This document shows, in pieces, positions 39,341 to 49,814 of a stretch of 63,648 nucleotides of DNA. The notes beneath the pieces are model-generated. The model had not been told where the DNA came from. It saw only the letters and a program-made list of their open reading frames with translations, and searched no databases. Source of the DNA: Bacteroidota bacterium (GTDB taxonomy: Bacteria > Bacteroidota > Bacteroidia > NS11-12g > UBA955). The position numbers and the translations under genes were made by a program. The DNA is taken from contig JABMMZ010000099.1 in the NCBI GenBank assembly GCA_013205405.1, positions 1-63,648 of the forward strand, in the 5' to 3' direction. How positions within the stretch are numbered: position 1 is the stretch's first letter; each line of letters opens with the position of its first letter.

Positions 39341-41608
39341 ATGGCTTTTGATATAGAAATGATTAAAAAGGTATATGCTAATATGCCAGTAAGAATTGAA
39401 GCAGCTAGAAAAATGCTCAATAAACCTTTAACCCTTGGTGAAAAAATTCTTTATTCGCATTTAACAGAGGGAACTCCTACCAATGTTTACGAAAGAGGCA
39501 ATAGCTATGTAGATTTTGCTCCAGACCGTGTAGCCATGCAAGATGCTACGGCACAAATGGCTTTGTTGCAATTTATGCAAGCCGGTCGCCCACAAGTGGC
39601 TGTGCCTAGCACCGTTCATTGCGACCATTTAATTATGGCTAAAGACGAAGCTAAAAAAGATTTGGCATTTGCCACCCAAGATAGCAAAGAGGTTTTTGAT
39701 TTTTTAAGTTCAGTTTCAAATAAATATGGCATTGGCTTTTGGAAACCAGGTGCAGGTATTATTCACCAGGTAGTATTAGAAAATTATGCTTTTCCGGGTG
39801 GAATGATGATAGGTACTGATAGTCACACTGTAAACGCAGGTGGATTGGGAATGTTAGCTATCGGTGTTGGTGGTGCAGATGCTTGCGATGTAATGGCTGG
39901 TTTACCTTGGGAACTTAAATTTCCTAAATTAATTGGTGTAAAATTAACAGGAAAATTAAACGGATGGACAGCCCCTAAAGATGTCATTTTAAAAGTAGCT
40001 GGCATTTTAACTGTAAAAGGTGGAACGGGCGCTGTGGTTGAATATTTTGGCGAAGGTGCCGTTAATATGAGTTGTACCGGAAAAGGTACTATTTGTAATA
40101 TGGGTGCTGAAATAGGTGCTACAACTTCTACTTTTGGGTATGATGAAAGTATGGAAAGATACTTACGTGCCACAAGTAGAGCCGAAGTGGCAGACTTAGC
40201 AAATGGTATAAAAGAACATTTAACTGCTGATGCAGCATGTTATGCCAATCCAGAATTGTATTTTGATCAAGTAATTGAAATTAATTTATCAGAACTTGAG
40301 CCACATTTGAATGGTCCGTTTACGCCAGATTTAGCAACTCCAATTTCTAAAATGAAAGAAGCAGCTATTGCTAATAATTGGCCTACGAAAATAGATGTAG
40401 GCTTGATAGGCAGTTGCACCAATAGCAGTTATGAAGATATTTCTAGAGCTGCTTCACTAGCTAAACAAGCTGCTGAAAAAGGTTTAACCCCCAAAGCTGA
40501 ATATACTATTACACCAGGAAGCGAGCTAGTGAGATATACCATAGAAAAGGATGGATTTTTAGAAATTTTTGATAAAATTGGAGCCAAAGTATTTGCCAAT
40601 GCTTGTGGCCCTTGTATAGGCATGTGGGACAGAGTAGGAGCAGAGAAACAAGAAAGAAATACCATTGTACATTCTTTTAATAGAAATTTTGCAAAAAGAG
40701 CAGATGGTAATCCAAATACCATGGCTTTTGTAGGTAGTCCAGAGTTGGTTACTGCATTAGCAATAGCTGGCGATTTGACTTTTAATCCTTTAATAGATTC
40801 ATTGATTAATGATAAGGGCGAAAAGGTAATGTTTGATGTTCCTACAGGAATGGAATTACCTCCAAACGGTTTTTCTGCAGAGGATGCAGGTTATCAAGCA
40901 CCAGCTATAGACGGAAGTGCAGTGCAAGTAGATGTATCTCCAACTAGCAATAGATTACAATTGTTAGATCCTTTTGCTGCATGGGAAGGCACAGATCTTA
41001 AAGGTTTAAGATTATTAATTAAAGCCAAAGGCAAATGTACTACCGATCATATTTCAATGGCAGGACCATGGTTAAAATTCCGTGGACATTTGGATAACAT
41101 TTCAAATAACATGTTGATTGGTGCTATCAATGCCTTTAACGATAAACCAAACTCAGTAAAAAACCAACTAAACGGAACGTATGACGAAGTGCCTAAAGTA
41201 CAACGTATGTACAAAGCTGCTGGCGAATATAGCATTGTAGTAGGCGAAGAAAACTATGGTGAAGGTTCTTCAAGAGAACATGCAGCAATGGAGCCTCGTT
41301 TCTTAGGGGTAAGAGTGGTATTGGTAAAATCATTTGCCCGTATCCACGAAACCAACCTTAAAAAACAAGGTATGTTAGGTTTAACTTTTGCCAATAAAGA
41401 AAACTATGATTTAATTCAAGAAGACGATAAATTCAATCTATTGGGTTTAACGGATTTTAAACCAGGCAAAGCCTTGCGTTTAGTCATCAACCACAAAAAC
41501 GGCACTACTGATACTATTAATTGCAATCATACCTACAACGAACAACAAATTGAGTGGTTCAAAGCTGGTGGTGCATTGAATATTATTAGGAGAAGTAGGA
41601 ATAATTAA
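39341..41608 (+). CDS. acnA: Aconitate hydratase (mitochondrial-type)
   Basis: [40 protein letters not shown]. Confidence 0.93.
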   Translation: MAFDIEMIKKVYANMPVRIEAARKMLNKPLTLGEKILYSHLTEGTPTNVYERGNSYVDFAPDRVAMQDATAQMALLQFMQAGRPQVAVPSTVHCDHLIMAKDEAKKDLAFATQDSKEVFDFLSSVSNKYGIGFWKPGAGIIHQVVLENYAFPGGMMIGTDSHTVNAGGLGMLAIGVGGADACDVMAGLPWELKFPKLIGVKLTGKLNGWTAPKDVILKVAGILTVKGGTGAVVEYFGEGAVNMSCTGKGTICNMGAEIGATTSTFGYDESMERYLRATSRAEVADLANGIKEHLTADAACYANPELYFDQVIEINLSELEPHLNGPFTPDLATPISKMKEAAIANNWPTKIDVGLIGSCTNSSYEDISRAASLAKQAAEKGLTPKAEYTITPGSELVRYTIEKDGFLEIFDKIGAKVFANACGPCIGMWDRVGAEKQERNTIVHSFNRNFAKRADGNPNTMAFVGSPELVTALAIAGDLTFNPLIDSLINDKGEKVMFDVPTGMELPPNGFSAEDAGYQAPAIDGSAVQVDVSPTSNRLQLLDPFAAWEGTDLKGLRLLIKAKGKCTTDHISMAGPWLKFRGHLDNISNNMLIGAINAFNDKPNSVKNQLNGTYDEVPKVQRMYKAAGEYSIVVGEENYGEGSSREHAAMEPRFLGVRVVLVKSFARIHETNLKKQGMLGLTFANKENYDLIQEDDKFNLLGLTDFKPGKALRLVINHKNGTTDTINCNHTYNEQQIEWFKAGGALNIIRRSRNN

Positions 41609-41625
41609 CTATTTAAAAACTAAAT

Positions 41626-41661
41626 AAAAAAATCTAAGAAAATGTGAACTTAGATTTTTTT
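41626..41661 (+). terminator. Intrinsic terminator of the aconitase gene
   Basis: AAAAAAATCTAAG .. CTTAGATTTTTTT. Confidence 0.7.
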
Positions 41662-41881
41662 ATCGAAAATAATTGACTAAATTTATCATGTTATTTTTAG
41701 TCAATCTTTAAAACACTCATCAATACCGCTAGAGAAAAAAAAACTTAATGCTCAAGGATGTTGCCTTGGCGTTATGTGTTGATTTTGCTTTTTATGAAGA
41801 AATTGTATTTCATTTTCAAAAAAAGTTTTGCACTTCAATAAAAAAGAGTACTTTTGCAGTCCCAAAATAAAAAAATAGGTC

Positions 41882-42223
41882 ATGGATTTAATAAAATTTG
41901 TAGAGCAAGAATACTTAAAAACGGATGTTCCGACTTTTAAAGCTGGAGATAAAGTTACGGTTCATTATAAAATAAAAGAAGGTAATAAAGAAAGAATTCA
42001 GTTGTTTCAAGGTGATGTAATTCAAAGAAGAAATGCTGGTATAGCTGCAACTTTTACTGTTCGTAAAATTTCTAACGGTGTAGGTGTAGAAAGAATTTTT
42101 CCAGTACACAGCCCTAATATTGATAAAATAGAAGTAAATAAAATAGGTAAAGTTCGTAGAGCTAAAATATTTTATCTACGTGGTCTTAGCGGTAAATCTG
42201 CTAGGATTGCTGAAAAAAGATAA
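41882..42223 (+). CDS. rplS: 50S ribosomal protein L19
   Basis: F.AGD.V.V, RIQ.FQG, FTVRK, GVERIFP, KVRRAK.FYLR. Confidence 0.98.
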   Translation: MDLIKFVEQEYLKTDVPTFKAGDKVTVHYKIKEGNKERIQLFQGDVIQRRNAGIAATFTVRKISNGVGVERIFPVHSPNIDKIEVNKIGKVRRAKIFYLRGLSGKSARIAEKR

Positions 42224-42252
42224 TTGCGAGAGGTTAATAGTTTTCATAGGTA

Positions 42253-42287
42253 ACGAAAAGGCTAACAGAAATGTTGGCCTTTTTCGT
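42253..42287 (+). terminator. Intrinsic terminator of rplS
   Basis: AAAAGGCTAACA-GAAA-TGTTGGCCTTTTT. Confidence 0.8.
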
Positions 42288-42389
42288 CAAATGTCATCAG
42301 CACATCTTTTTAGATTTAATATTCCTTATAAATGCATACTATTGTATTGACGCAAACGTTCAATTTAACTAGAAAAGTAAATCAGATAA

Positions 42390-43049
42390 ATGAAAAACAA
42401 CCAAATGCCTTATTTCAATTTTATATGCTTATTTCTTTTTGTTTTAGTAAGCAGTTGCTCCGTTACTCGAGATTTAAAGCAAAAGTCTGCCTATACGGAT
42501 ACTGAAATTAAACAACTAAGAAAATGCAATACTGCCAAGCTTTCTTGGTATATGGTTCAGAATTCCAAGAGAATAATTCTATTGACAAATCTAATCAGAG
42601 TAAATCCCACATTATTTAAAAAATACCTTCATTTACAAACTGATTCTGGGTATATAGATAAAAAATACCTAAATCGAAAGATTGAAAAAAGAATAGCGGC
42701 TAAAATACCGAGTAAGATAAAACCAATTAAACCATCTTTTAATCTTGCCTTAGCTGCAAAATTGCACTCTATTGTGTCAGGATTGAACGGACAAACAGGA
42801 CACCAAAAGCTTGCTTTGAGAATGAGAATAACATTAAATACTAATTTATGTTATGGTGAAAATTGTTATTATGGAAACGATTATGCATATGGCGCAGTCG
42901 TTGCTTGGATTGAAAGCGATGGACATTATCATAATTTATTAGATCCTGGATATTACAGAATTGGAGTTAGTGGGTTTTGGCATAGGCGTTATAAAAAAAA
43001 TTATGTGCAAGTATTTTCGGGCAAAAAATGGATGGATTACATATGGTGA
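42390..43049 (+). CDS. CAP (SCP)-domain lipoprotein
   Basis: Lipobox VSSC; AAKLHS, GH, GENC, W..S.GH..NLL, IGVS, YVQVF. Confidence 0.8.
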   Translation: MKNNQMPYFNFICLFLFVLVSSCSVTRDLKQKSAYTDTEIKQLRKCNTAKLSWYMVQNSKRIILLTNLIRVNPTLFKKYLHLQTDSGYIDKKYLNRKIEKRIAAKIPSKIKPIKPSFNLALAAKLHSIVSGLNGQTGHQKLALRMRITLNTNLCYGENCYYGNDYAYGAVVAWIESDGHYHNLLDPGYYRIGVSGFWHRRYKKNYVQVFSGKKWMDYIW

Positions 43050-43164
43050 TAGCTTGAATATTTGTTTCTATAATAGCACTAAAATTTAAAATTGAAAAAA
43101 ATATATTTTTTTATCCCAATCTGGAATCTTATATTTGCATCATAACCAACTAACTTAAACAATT

Positions 43165-43689
43165 ATAAAAAAAACAAACTTAATTTTATTCTTTGCTGTT
43201 TTATTTACAATAGCATTGACCAGTTGCAAAAGTGTTCAAGCTCCTAAGTACACTTCTGTAGAAAATCTTTTCAACTTAAAAACTGGAAACTCTTATGAAG
43301 AAGCGGTAACTATTTTAGGTCAGAAACCTTATGATATTTACATGAGTCAAGCTGAAGGTTACACTATTTACTCATACAAATACAAACATGTTGAAAGAAA
43401 AATTAATCCTAATTCTTTAAATCAACGTGGAGGCGAAACTACAGGTATGGAAGTATACAACGGTAAAGAACAAACTGCTTATTTATTATTCAAAAACAAT
43501 AAATTGGAATCAATAGTTACATCTAATGGACGCAAAGATGCCTCAGCTATGATTAAAATGAATAATACATTGTATACTATTTCAAAAGATAAAGAAAAGT
43601 ATATGATTACAGCAAATAATACAGATGAACCTGTTAGTACTTCTATAGCAGCTGTAAAAAAGAAAAAATTTCCATTTAATCTTTTTTAA
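43165..43689 (+). CDS. Lipoprotein with SmpA/OmlA-like fold; start extended to ATA
   Basis: In-frame signal IKKTNLILFFAVLFTIALTSC from ATA 43165; LKTG.SYEE...ILG..P. Confidence 0.65.
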   Translation: MKKTNLILFFAVLFTIALTSCKSVQAPKYTSVENLFNLKTGNSYEEAVTILGQKPYDIYMSQAEGYTIYSYKYKHVERKINPNSLNQRGGETTGMEVYNGKEQTAYLLFKNNKLESIVTSNGRKDASAMIKMNNTLYTISKDKEKYMITANNTDEPVSTSIAAVKKKKFPFNLF

Positions 43690-43753
43690 TAGTCTTATAG
43701 TGGGCTAATTTAAAATCGTTTTACAATAGCCCTTAACCTATTCAGATAATTGG

Positions 43754-43785
43754 AAGCTTGCACCTAAAAAGTGCAAGCTTTTTTT
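43754..43785 (+). terminator. Intrinsic terminator
   Basis: AAGCTTGCAC-CTAAAAA-GTGCAAGCTT followed by T run. Confidence 0.85.
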
Positions 43786-43877
43786 GTGTAATTTGGATTT
43801 ACCCTTAATTGAAAATACAACCACACGTATTTGCTTAATTATCTATTTTTTACAAGGGTTTAAAAAGGCTTAAAAAG

Positions 43878-43907
43878 AAAAAATCCACTCGGACATGAGT
43901 GGATTTT
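43878..43907 (-). terminator. Intrinsic terminator of the tRNA
   Basis: AAAATCCACTC-6nt-GAGTGGATTTT, T run on minus strand. Confidence 0.8.
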
Positions 43908-43914
43908 CGTTGTG

Positions 43915-43988
43915 CTCCCTGACCTGGGCTCGAACCAGGGACCTAGTGATTAACAGTCACTCGCTCTAACCAGCTGAGCTATCAAGGA
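43915..43988 (-). tRNA. tRNA-Asn(GTT)
   Basis: Cloverleaf: acceptor TCCTTGA/TCAGGGA, D arm GCTC/GAGC, anticodon AGTGA-CTGTTAA-TCACT, T arm CCTGG-TTCGAGC-CCAGG; CCA not encoded; TATATTTG box upstream. Confidence 0.97.
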
Positions 43989-44090
43989 ATTTTCTTAAGG
44001 AGTGCAAATATAGATTTTTATTTTTTTTATACAAATTTTTTTAAAAATTCTTTTTTTGGGTTATAAATCCTCACTTTTGTAAAAGATAAA

Positions 44091-45452
44091 ATGGCAAAGG
44101 CAATAGTTAGATTTTTTTGTAAAAGTTGTGGGCATGAGGCAAGTAAATGGTTAGGTAAATGTCCTAACTGTGAGCAATGGAATACTTTTTCGGAAGAAAT
44201 AGTAGAAAAGAAAACAAGTTCAGCAAAACTTTGGATTAAAAATACAACCCAAAAAGCCCAACCTAAGAAAGTTGTTGAGATAATAGATGGCAACGAACAG
44301 CGTATTTTTTTGCCAGATAATGAACTCAACAGAGTGTTGGGTGGAGGCTTAGTAACAGGCTCCATAACTTTAATAGGTGGAGAGCCAGGTATTGGTAAAT
44401 CTACTTTGCTGCTCCAATTGGCACTTAATGTGCAAAAGAAAGTACTTTACATTAGTGGAGAAGAGAGTGAGAGTCAATTAAAAATGAGAGCGGATAGAAT
44501 TGGTATCAATAATGGCAATTGTTATGTGCTATGCGAAACTTCATTGACGAGTTTAATTAACCATTTGCAGCACGATCAACCCGAAATTTTAATTGTAGAT
44601 TCTGTTCAAACATTAGCTACCGATGCCATTGATTCACCCCCAGGAAGTATTAGTCAAATAAAAGAATGTACAGCAGAATTATTAAGATTTGCGAAAGAAA
44701 CCAATGTGCCAGTATTTTTAATAGGTCATATTAATAAAGATGGCAATATTGCAGGGCCCAAGGTGCTAGAACATATGGTAGATACTGTATTGCAATTTGA
44801 AGGTGATAGGCATTATAACTACAGAATTTTAAGAACGCTTAAAAATAGGTTTGGCTCTGCAAGTGAAATTGGTATTTATGAAATGCGGGGCAATGGATTA
44901 AGAGAAATAGAAAATCCTTCTGAAATTTTAATTAGCGAACGGGAAGAAAACTTAAGTGGCATAACTATAAGCTGCGCTGTAGAAGGTATTCGGCCGATAT
45001 TGTTAGAAACCCAAGCGCTTGTAAGCAGCGCAGTCTATGGTACACCTCAAAGAACGAGTAATGGTTTTGATTTAAGGCGATTAAGTATGTTGTTAGCGGT
45101 ATTAGAAAAGCGTTGTGGTTTTCAATTGGGTGTAAAAGATGTTTTTGTAAATATTGCTGGCGGAATGAAATTAGAAGACCCTGGTTTAGATTTAAGTATA
45201 GTGGCAGCCATTTTGTCTTCTTACGAAAATATAGCCATTACAAGTGAAATAGCTTTTGCTGGTGAAGTAGGTTTAAGTGGAGAGGTACGCGCAGTAAGCA
45301 GAATAGAACATCGTATCAGTGAGGCTGAAAAACTTGGCTTTAAAGAAATGATGGTATCAAAATACAATAAGGGTTTAGAAGAGTTTAAAACCAAAATTAA
45401 AATAATTCAGATAGGAAAAATAGAAGAAGCCTTTGAATATCTATTTGGATAA
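44091..45452 (+). CDS. radA: DNA repair protein RadA/Sms
   Basis: C4 zinc finger, GGEPGIGKST, KNRFG, GEVGLSGE. Confidence 0.97.
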   Translation: MAKAIVRFFCKSCGHEASKWLGKCPNCEQWNTFSEEIVEKKTSSAKLWIKNTTQKAQPKKVVEIIDGNEQRIFLPDNELNRVLGGGLVTGSITLIGGEPGIGKSTLLLQLALNVQKKVLYISGEESESQLKMRADRIGINNGNCYVLCETSLTSLINHLQHDQPEILIVDSVQTLATDAIDSPPGSISQIKECTAELLRFAKETNVPVFLIGHINKDGNIAGPKVLEHMVDTVLQFEGDRHYNYRILRTLKNRFGSASEIGIYEMRGNGLREIENPSEILISEREENLSGITISCAVEGIRPILLETQALVSSAVYGTPQRTSNGFDLRRLSMLLAVLEKRCGFQLGVKDVFVNIAGGMKLEDPGLDLSIVAAILSSYENIAITSEIAFAGEVGLSGEVRAVSRIEHRISEAEKLGFKEMMVSKYNKGLEEFKTKIKIIQIGKIEEAFEYLFG

Positions 45453-45487
45453 AAAAAAAGAAATTACTTATTATTGTAAAAGTGAAA

Positions 45488-45683
45488 ATGGACAAAACTG
45501 CTTTTAGCACCTTTAAAAAGGAGAATGAGCCTAATGACTTTAAGTTTTGGCAAAGTAAAACTGTATCAGAAAGGTTAAAGCCGACAGCCTATTTGAATAG
45601 TGTTGCTTTTAATTATGATTTGCAGAATCCCCCCCACCAGAATGGATAAAACTATTTTTTCAATTGAAAAACGAAATAAATAA
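45488..45683 (+). pseudogene. Small (~64 aa) hypothetical gene frameshifted in a C7 tract; not in ORF track
   Basis: MDKTAF...FWQSKTVSERL...NPP; removing one C at 45629-45635 gives TRMDKTIFSIEKRNK with TAA overlapping the next ATG. Confidence 0.6.
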
Positions 45684-46939
45684 TGGAACAAAAAAATAAA
45701 AAAAACAAATTAACCCTTTGGATATTTATTGGGCTTGCCTTAGGTATATTAATAGGATGGATAGTCAACACAAATTGCTTACAAACTGGCATTGAAACCT
45801 ATACAAAAATTGCTTCATTGGGAAGTACTATATTTTTAAAACTAATAAAATTAATTATTGGGCCATTAGTTTTAAGCACCTTGGTAGTAGGTGTAGTAGG
45901 CATAGGCGATGCCAAAACAGTGGGCAGAATGAGTGTTAAAACGATAGGCTGGTTTGTATTCGCCAGTTTAATATCGCTTACTTTAGGTTTAATATTGGTA
46001 AATATTTTAAAACCTGGTGTTGCTTTTCAAGGACAAGTAACAAGCTTAACTGCTGCCAATTTACCAACTACTAGCAGTTTTACATTAGAACATTTTATTG
46101 ACCAATTAGTCCCTGAAAATATTTTTGTTGCCCTAAGTAGTCATAAAATGGTGCTGCAAATAGTTGTATTTTCTATTTTCTTTGGCTTGGCATGTTCTGC
46201 CATTGGCGAAAAAGGCGCACCTATTGTTAAAGCGATGGATTCTTTGGCGCATGTGATGTTAAAACTTACCAATATGATAATGTGGCTAGCCCCATTGGCT
46301 GTGTTTGGTTCTATTTCTTGTGTGATAGCTAATAAAGGCTTGGGCGTTTTAGTAGATTATGGCGAACTAATAGGCAAATTCTACTTTGGATTGGCTTTAC
46401 TTTGGGTTATACTCCTAAGCTTTGGCTATGCCTTTATTAAAAATAAAATATGGAGTTTGTTAAGCCATATCAAAGAACCTTTATTGTTGGCTTTTGCCAC
46501 TGCCAGCAGCGAAAGTGCTTACCCCAAGTTGTTGAATCAATTAGAGAGATTTGGTATAAAAGATAAAATTACCAGTTTCGTTTTGCCGCTAGGGTATTCT
46601 TTTAATTTAGATGGTAGTATGATGTATATGACCTTTGGCTCATTGCTAATAGCCCAAGCGTATGGTATAGACTTAAGTTTAACACAGCAAATAACAATGC
46701 TTTTAGTTCTAATGATTACCAGCAAAGGCATAGCTGGTGTACCGCGTGCTTCTTTAGTAATAATAGCAGCAACTGTAGCTGGATTTGGAATTCCAGAAGC
46801 AGGCTTAGCCTTATTATTACCCATCGACCAGTTTTTAGACATGGGGCGCACTGCAACCAATGTGGTGGGAAATGCCATAGCCACCGTGGCAGTTAGCAAA
46901 ATGGAGGGCGAAGAAATTTCATCATTAGGGCAAAAATAG
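45683..46939 (+). CDS. Dicarboxylate/amino acid:cation symporter (GltP/DctA family)
   Basis: FATASSE, PLGYSFNLDG, SKG.AGVP, DMGRTATNV.GN. Confidence 0.93.
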   Translation: MEQKNKKNKLTLWIFIGLALGILIGWIVNTNCLQTGIETYTKIASLGSTIFLKLIKLIIGPLVLSTLVVGVVGIGDAKTVGRMSVKTIGWFVFASLISLTLGLILVNILKPGVAFQGQVTSLTAANLPTTSSFTLEHFIDQLVPENIFVALSSHKMVLQIVVFSIFFGLACSAIGEKGAPIVKAMDSLAHVMLKLTNMIMWLAPLAVFGSISCVIANKGLGVLVDYGELIGKFYFGLALLWVILLSFGYAFIKNKIWSLLSHIKEPLLLAFATASSESAYPKLLNQLERFGIKDKITSFVLPLGYSFNLDGSMMYMTFGSLLIAQAYGIDLSLTQQITMLLVLMITSKGIAGVPRASLVIIAATVAGFGIPEAGLALLLPIDQFLDMGRTATNVVGNAIATVAVSKMEGEEISSLGQK

Positions 46940-46992
46940 TTAAGAATTTCTATTTGCCTTAAAATAAGTTATTCAAAAAAAGAAATATTAAA

Positions 46993-47823
46993 CTACTTCT
47001 TTTTAGTAAGTGCTTTAAACTCGTTTTTTAAGCCGCTATATTTGGTAATATCTATTTTTACCGAACCTACCATTATTTCTGCTTTTGCTCTAATGGGTAT
47101 TTTATTAGCATCGTCACTTATCCATACGGTCATATCGTCTTTAGATTTAAATACCCTATCTACTATAAGGGTAGGTACTAATTTAATGCATTTTACAGTG
47201 CCTACGTCAGTTTTTAATGTTTCTTTACCTACATATTTAAAACCTAAGTTGTAAATTTTGTTGTCTAAATACACATCTAATGGAAATTGTTGGTTTACTT
47301 TAGCACTTTCAAAATCTATGTTTCTGATATAGTACAATGCTGAAATAACATCTTGGGTGTAAAGTGGCATAGCTAAATCGCCTTTTTTGCTATACAATTT
47401 CTTTTTTGGATGTTTAAATACCACTAAATCATCATCCTTATAATTATCCTCTTGCACAGCTTTGGTAAATTTAATTGGCACCAATGCTTCTTCATCCAAA
47501 TAGGTATCAAATTTGTCGCGCACTTTAAATGCCCAGTCAAATGACTTTAATGTTTTTCCTTCTGCTTTAATATGGTAGCATTTTCTAGCATATACATCCT
47601 CTGTATTTGCATCAACCTCCATACTTATAGAAGCTGCGTTGATAATGCCATAATGCACCCTAAATTCTAATTTTTCATTTACAGCAAAAGCCGTATTGGT
47701 CATTTTTCTAAAGGCAAATTCGTCTTGATCTGTATTTTTTACAGCTAAGGTATCCGTTTTGAAGGCCATGATAAAAATGGCCAAAAATGCTGAAAGAGAT
47801 ACTATAATTAACTTATTTTTCAT
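46993..47823 (-). CDS. DUF3108-domain protein
   Basis: AF...EKLEFRVHYG, FKVRD, QD.ISA.YY.R, WISDD.NKIP. Confidence 0.82.
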   Translation of the reverse strand: MKNKLIIVSLSAFLAIFIMAFKTDTLAVKNTDQDEFAFRKMTNTAFAVNEKLEFRVHYGIINAASISMEVDANTEDVYARKCYHIKAEGKTLKSFDWAFKVRDKFDTYLDEEALVPIKFTKAVQEDNYKDDDLVVFKHPKKKLYSKKGDLAMPLYTQDVISALYYIRNIDFESAKVNQQFPLDVYLDNKIYNLGFKYVGKETLKTDVGTVKCIKLVPTLIVDRVFKSKDDMTVWISDDANKIPIRAKAEIMVGSVKIDITKYSGLKNEFKALTKKK

Positions 47824-47864
47824 GTTAAAATTTATTTATTTTTAAAATAGTTTAATAGTTAAAA

Positions 47865-47881
47865 TTCAATAATCGTTCCAA
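47865..47881 (-). promoter_or_regulatory. Putative sigma54-type -24/-12 promoter
   Basis: TTGGAACGATTATTGAA (GG-N10-GA) about 40 nt upstream of the DUF3108 gene. Confidence 0.45.
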
Positions 47882-47910
47882 ATCCTTAATTTTGAATTTT
47901 ATTTATAAAA

Positions 47911-49026
47911 ATGTACGCCTCAAAATTAATCTTTATTTTGTATTTTATATTAGGTTTTAGTTATTCTACTAAAGCCCAATTGTTAAATAATATTTTTGAA
48001 CAAAAAGATTCAATCTATCAGAATGATACACAAACAGTGAGAATGCATATAGAAGCGTTGAATTATATACGCAATACCGAGTATTTTGATATGATAGAAA
48101 AAGGTCAAACTTTATTTGGTGTTTTATTGCAATTAAATTCCTCTTTTCAACCCTATAAAAATATTTTGGTAAAAGTAGGTTTACAAACAAGGCAAGATTA
48201 TGGTAGCACAAATTTTAATACGGTTCAGCCTGTTTTTAGTATTTCAATATTTAAAAATAAGTGGCGTTACAATTTTGGAGCACTGCAAGGCACAACAAAT
48301 CATGGTATAATAGAGCCAATGTATAATATTGATAGAGCCATTACCAATAGAATTGAGAACGGCTTTCAAAGTATTTACAAGAGTAAAACTTTTTTTTATA
48401 ATCAGTTTTTAGTTTGGAATGAGCCAACTTATAAAACAAGTACAAATCAAGAAAAATTTACGGTTGGATTGGTGATGGATAGAAAATTATTTAATTCAAA
48501 AATATGGGATGTGAGTATTCCTTTTAATGGCACTTTGGCGCATAGGGGCGGGCAGTTAAATGGCAATCCAACGCCAATTTTTTCAAGAGTAAATACTGCT
48601 GTAGGTATAAAATGGAGTGTAAATGTAAATTCAAAATTGAAAATAAGAACAGAAAATTATTGGTTGTTTGCGGCAGATTTTTCGCCCAATATTACCCAAC
48701 CTTATAAAAATGGTAATGCTACTTGGCATACGTTATCTTTTATGCACAATGGTTTTGAATTAATGGTTAATTATTGGGCTGGTAGAGAGTTTCAATCACC
48801 TGTTGGGTCGCAATTGTATACTAATTTTAATCCAGATAATTATGAAGCTTATAGACAAAAACAACATATTGTTATGAGTAGATTAATGTATACCCAACAG
48901 TTGTATAAAGGGTTGAAATTAGATTTAAGGTTTGAACCTTTTTACACAGTAGAATACAAAAGATTTCAATACAGTTATTCTATTTATTTAAAATTAAATT
49001 TAGATAGAGTTTTAGGTAAAATTTAA
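47911..49026 (+). CDS. Hypothetical outer-membrane beta-barrel protein
   Basis: Signal peptide; alternating aromatic strands; HRGGQ motif. Confidence 0.65.
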   Translation: MYASKLIFILYFILGFSYSTKAQLLNNIFEQKDSIYQNDTQTVRMHIEALNYIRNTEYFDMIEKGQTLFGVLLQLNSSFQPYKNILVKVGLQTRQDYGSTNFNTVQPVFSISIFKNKWRYNFGALQGTTNHGIIEPMYNIDRAITNRIENGFQSIYKSKTFFYNQFLVWNEPTYKTSTNQEKFTVGLVMDRKLFNSKIWDVSIPFNGTLAHRGGQLNGNPTPIFSRVNTAVGIKWSVNVNSKLKIRTENYWLFAADFSPNITQPYKNGNATWHTLSFMHNGFELMVNYWAGREFQSPVGSQLYTNFNPDNYEAYRQKQHIVMSRLMYTQQLYKGLKLDLRFEPFYTVEYKRFQYSYSIYLKLNLDRVLGKI

Positions 49027-49040
49027 TCTAAAAGTCATTT

Positions 49041-49814
49041 TTACATTTTAGCTTTGTCTTTATCTATTTTAAAAGCCAAACCAATCTCTACTCCAATACT
49101 AAAAAGATGGTGTCTTTCCTTGCCATAATTGGCGGTAAGTATCGGTGCATAGAGCATTGGTTGAACAAAAATCCATGTATTTTTAGCATAAATTAAGTTT
49201 TCAAGTCTTAGACCAGTTTGTAAGTTCACATTTAAAAGAGCTGCTTGTTCATTGCTGTTTTTAAGTATAAATACCTTTTCACCATAAGCAGAAAAACCTC
49301 GCAATACAGCACGCACATCGTGTTTTAATAGGCCTGCTATTGAGCCACCTATTAACCAATTGATGGTTGTAGTTTTTGTTTTATTTGCATGAAATTGGTA
49401 ATTTAATAAAGCGGGTATTGCTAAATAATGGTATCTATAATTAAAGTCTACATAGTTGCTGCCTGTTTGAGAAAGATCGTTTACCCGACCAATTTCAGGG
49501 TGAATGGTATCTCTAAATTTTAAATTTTCTTTTACTCTTTTAAATCCAAAGTTTTGGTATTGTAAGCCAATAATTAAGCGTTTTTTTTTGGAAAGAATTA
49601 AATTATATCCTATGCCAGCACTTATGCTTTTGCGCCATGTATCGCCTTTTTTTATAGAGTCTTTAAATTGTTGAGTTACATTTTCTTTATAGGAAATAAT
49701 TCTATTGCCAAGTGTAGGTGTTACATTAAATTGCCAAATACCATTTATTTTTTGAGCATTCATATTAAAAAATAAAATGACACAAAGTGAAAGGGAGAGT
49801 ATATTTTTAATCAT
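49041..49814 (-). CDS. Outer-membrane beta-barrel protein (PorT-like)
   Basis: Signal peptide, YLAIP, C-terminal SIGVEIGLAF strand. Confidence 0.65.
   Translation of the reverse strand: MIKNILSLSLCVILFFNMNAQKINGIWQFNVTPTLGNRIISYKENVTQQFKDSIKKGDTWRKSISAGIGYNLILSKKKRLIIGLQYQNFGFKRVKENLKFRDTIHPEIGRVNDLSQTGSNYVDFNYRYHYLAIPALLNYQFHANKTKTTTINWLIGGSIAGLLKHDVRAVLRGFSAYGEKVFILKNSNEQAALLNVNLQTGLRLENLIYAKNTWIFVQPMLYAPILTANYGKERHHLFSIGVEIGLAFKIDKDKAKM

Noticed and set aside
42300-43988. Possible genomic island integrated at tRNA-Asn
   Set aside because: No integrase and no duplicated tRNA 3' end found
44027-44365. 112-aa minus-strand ORF next to the tRNA
   Set aside because: Antisense to the radA 5' region, with no coding features
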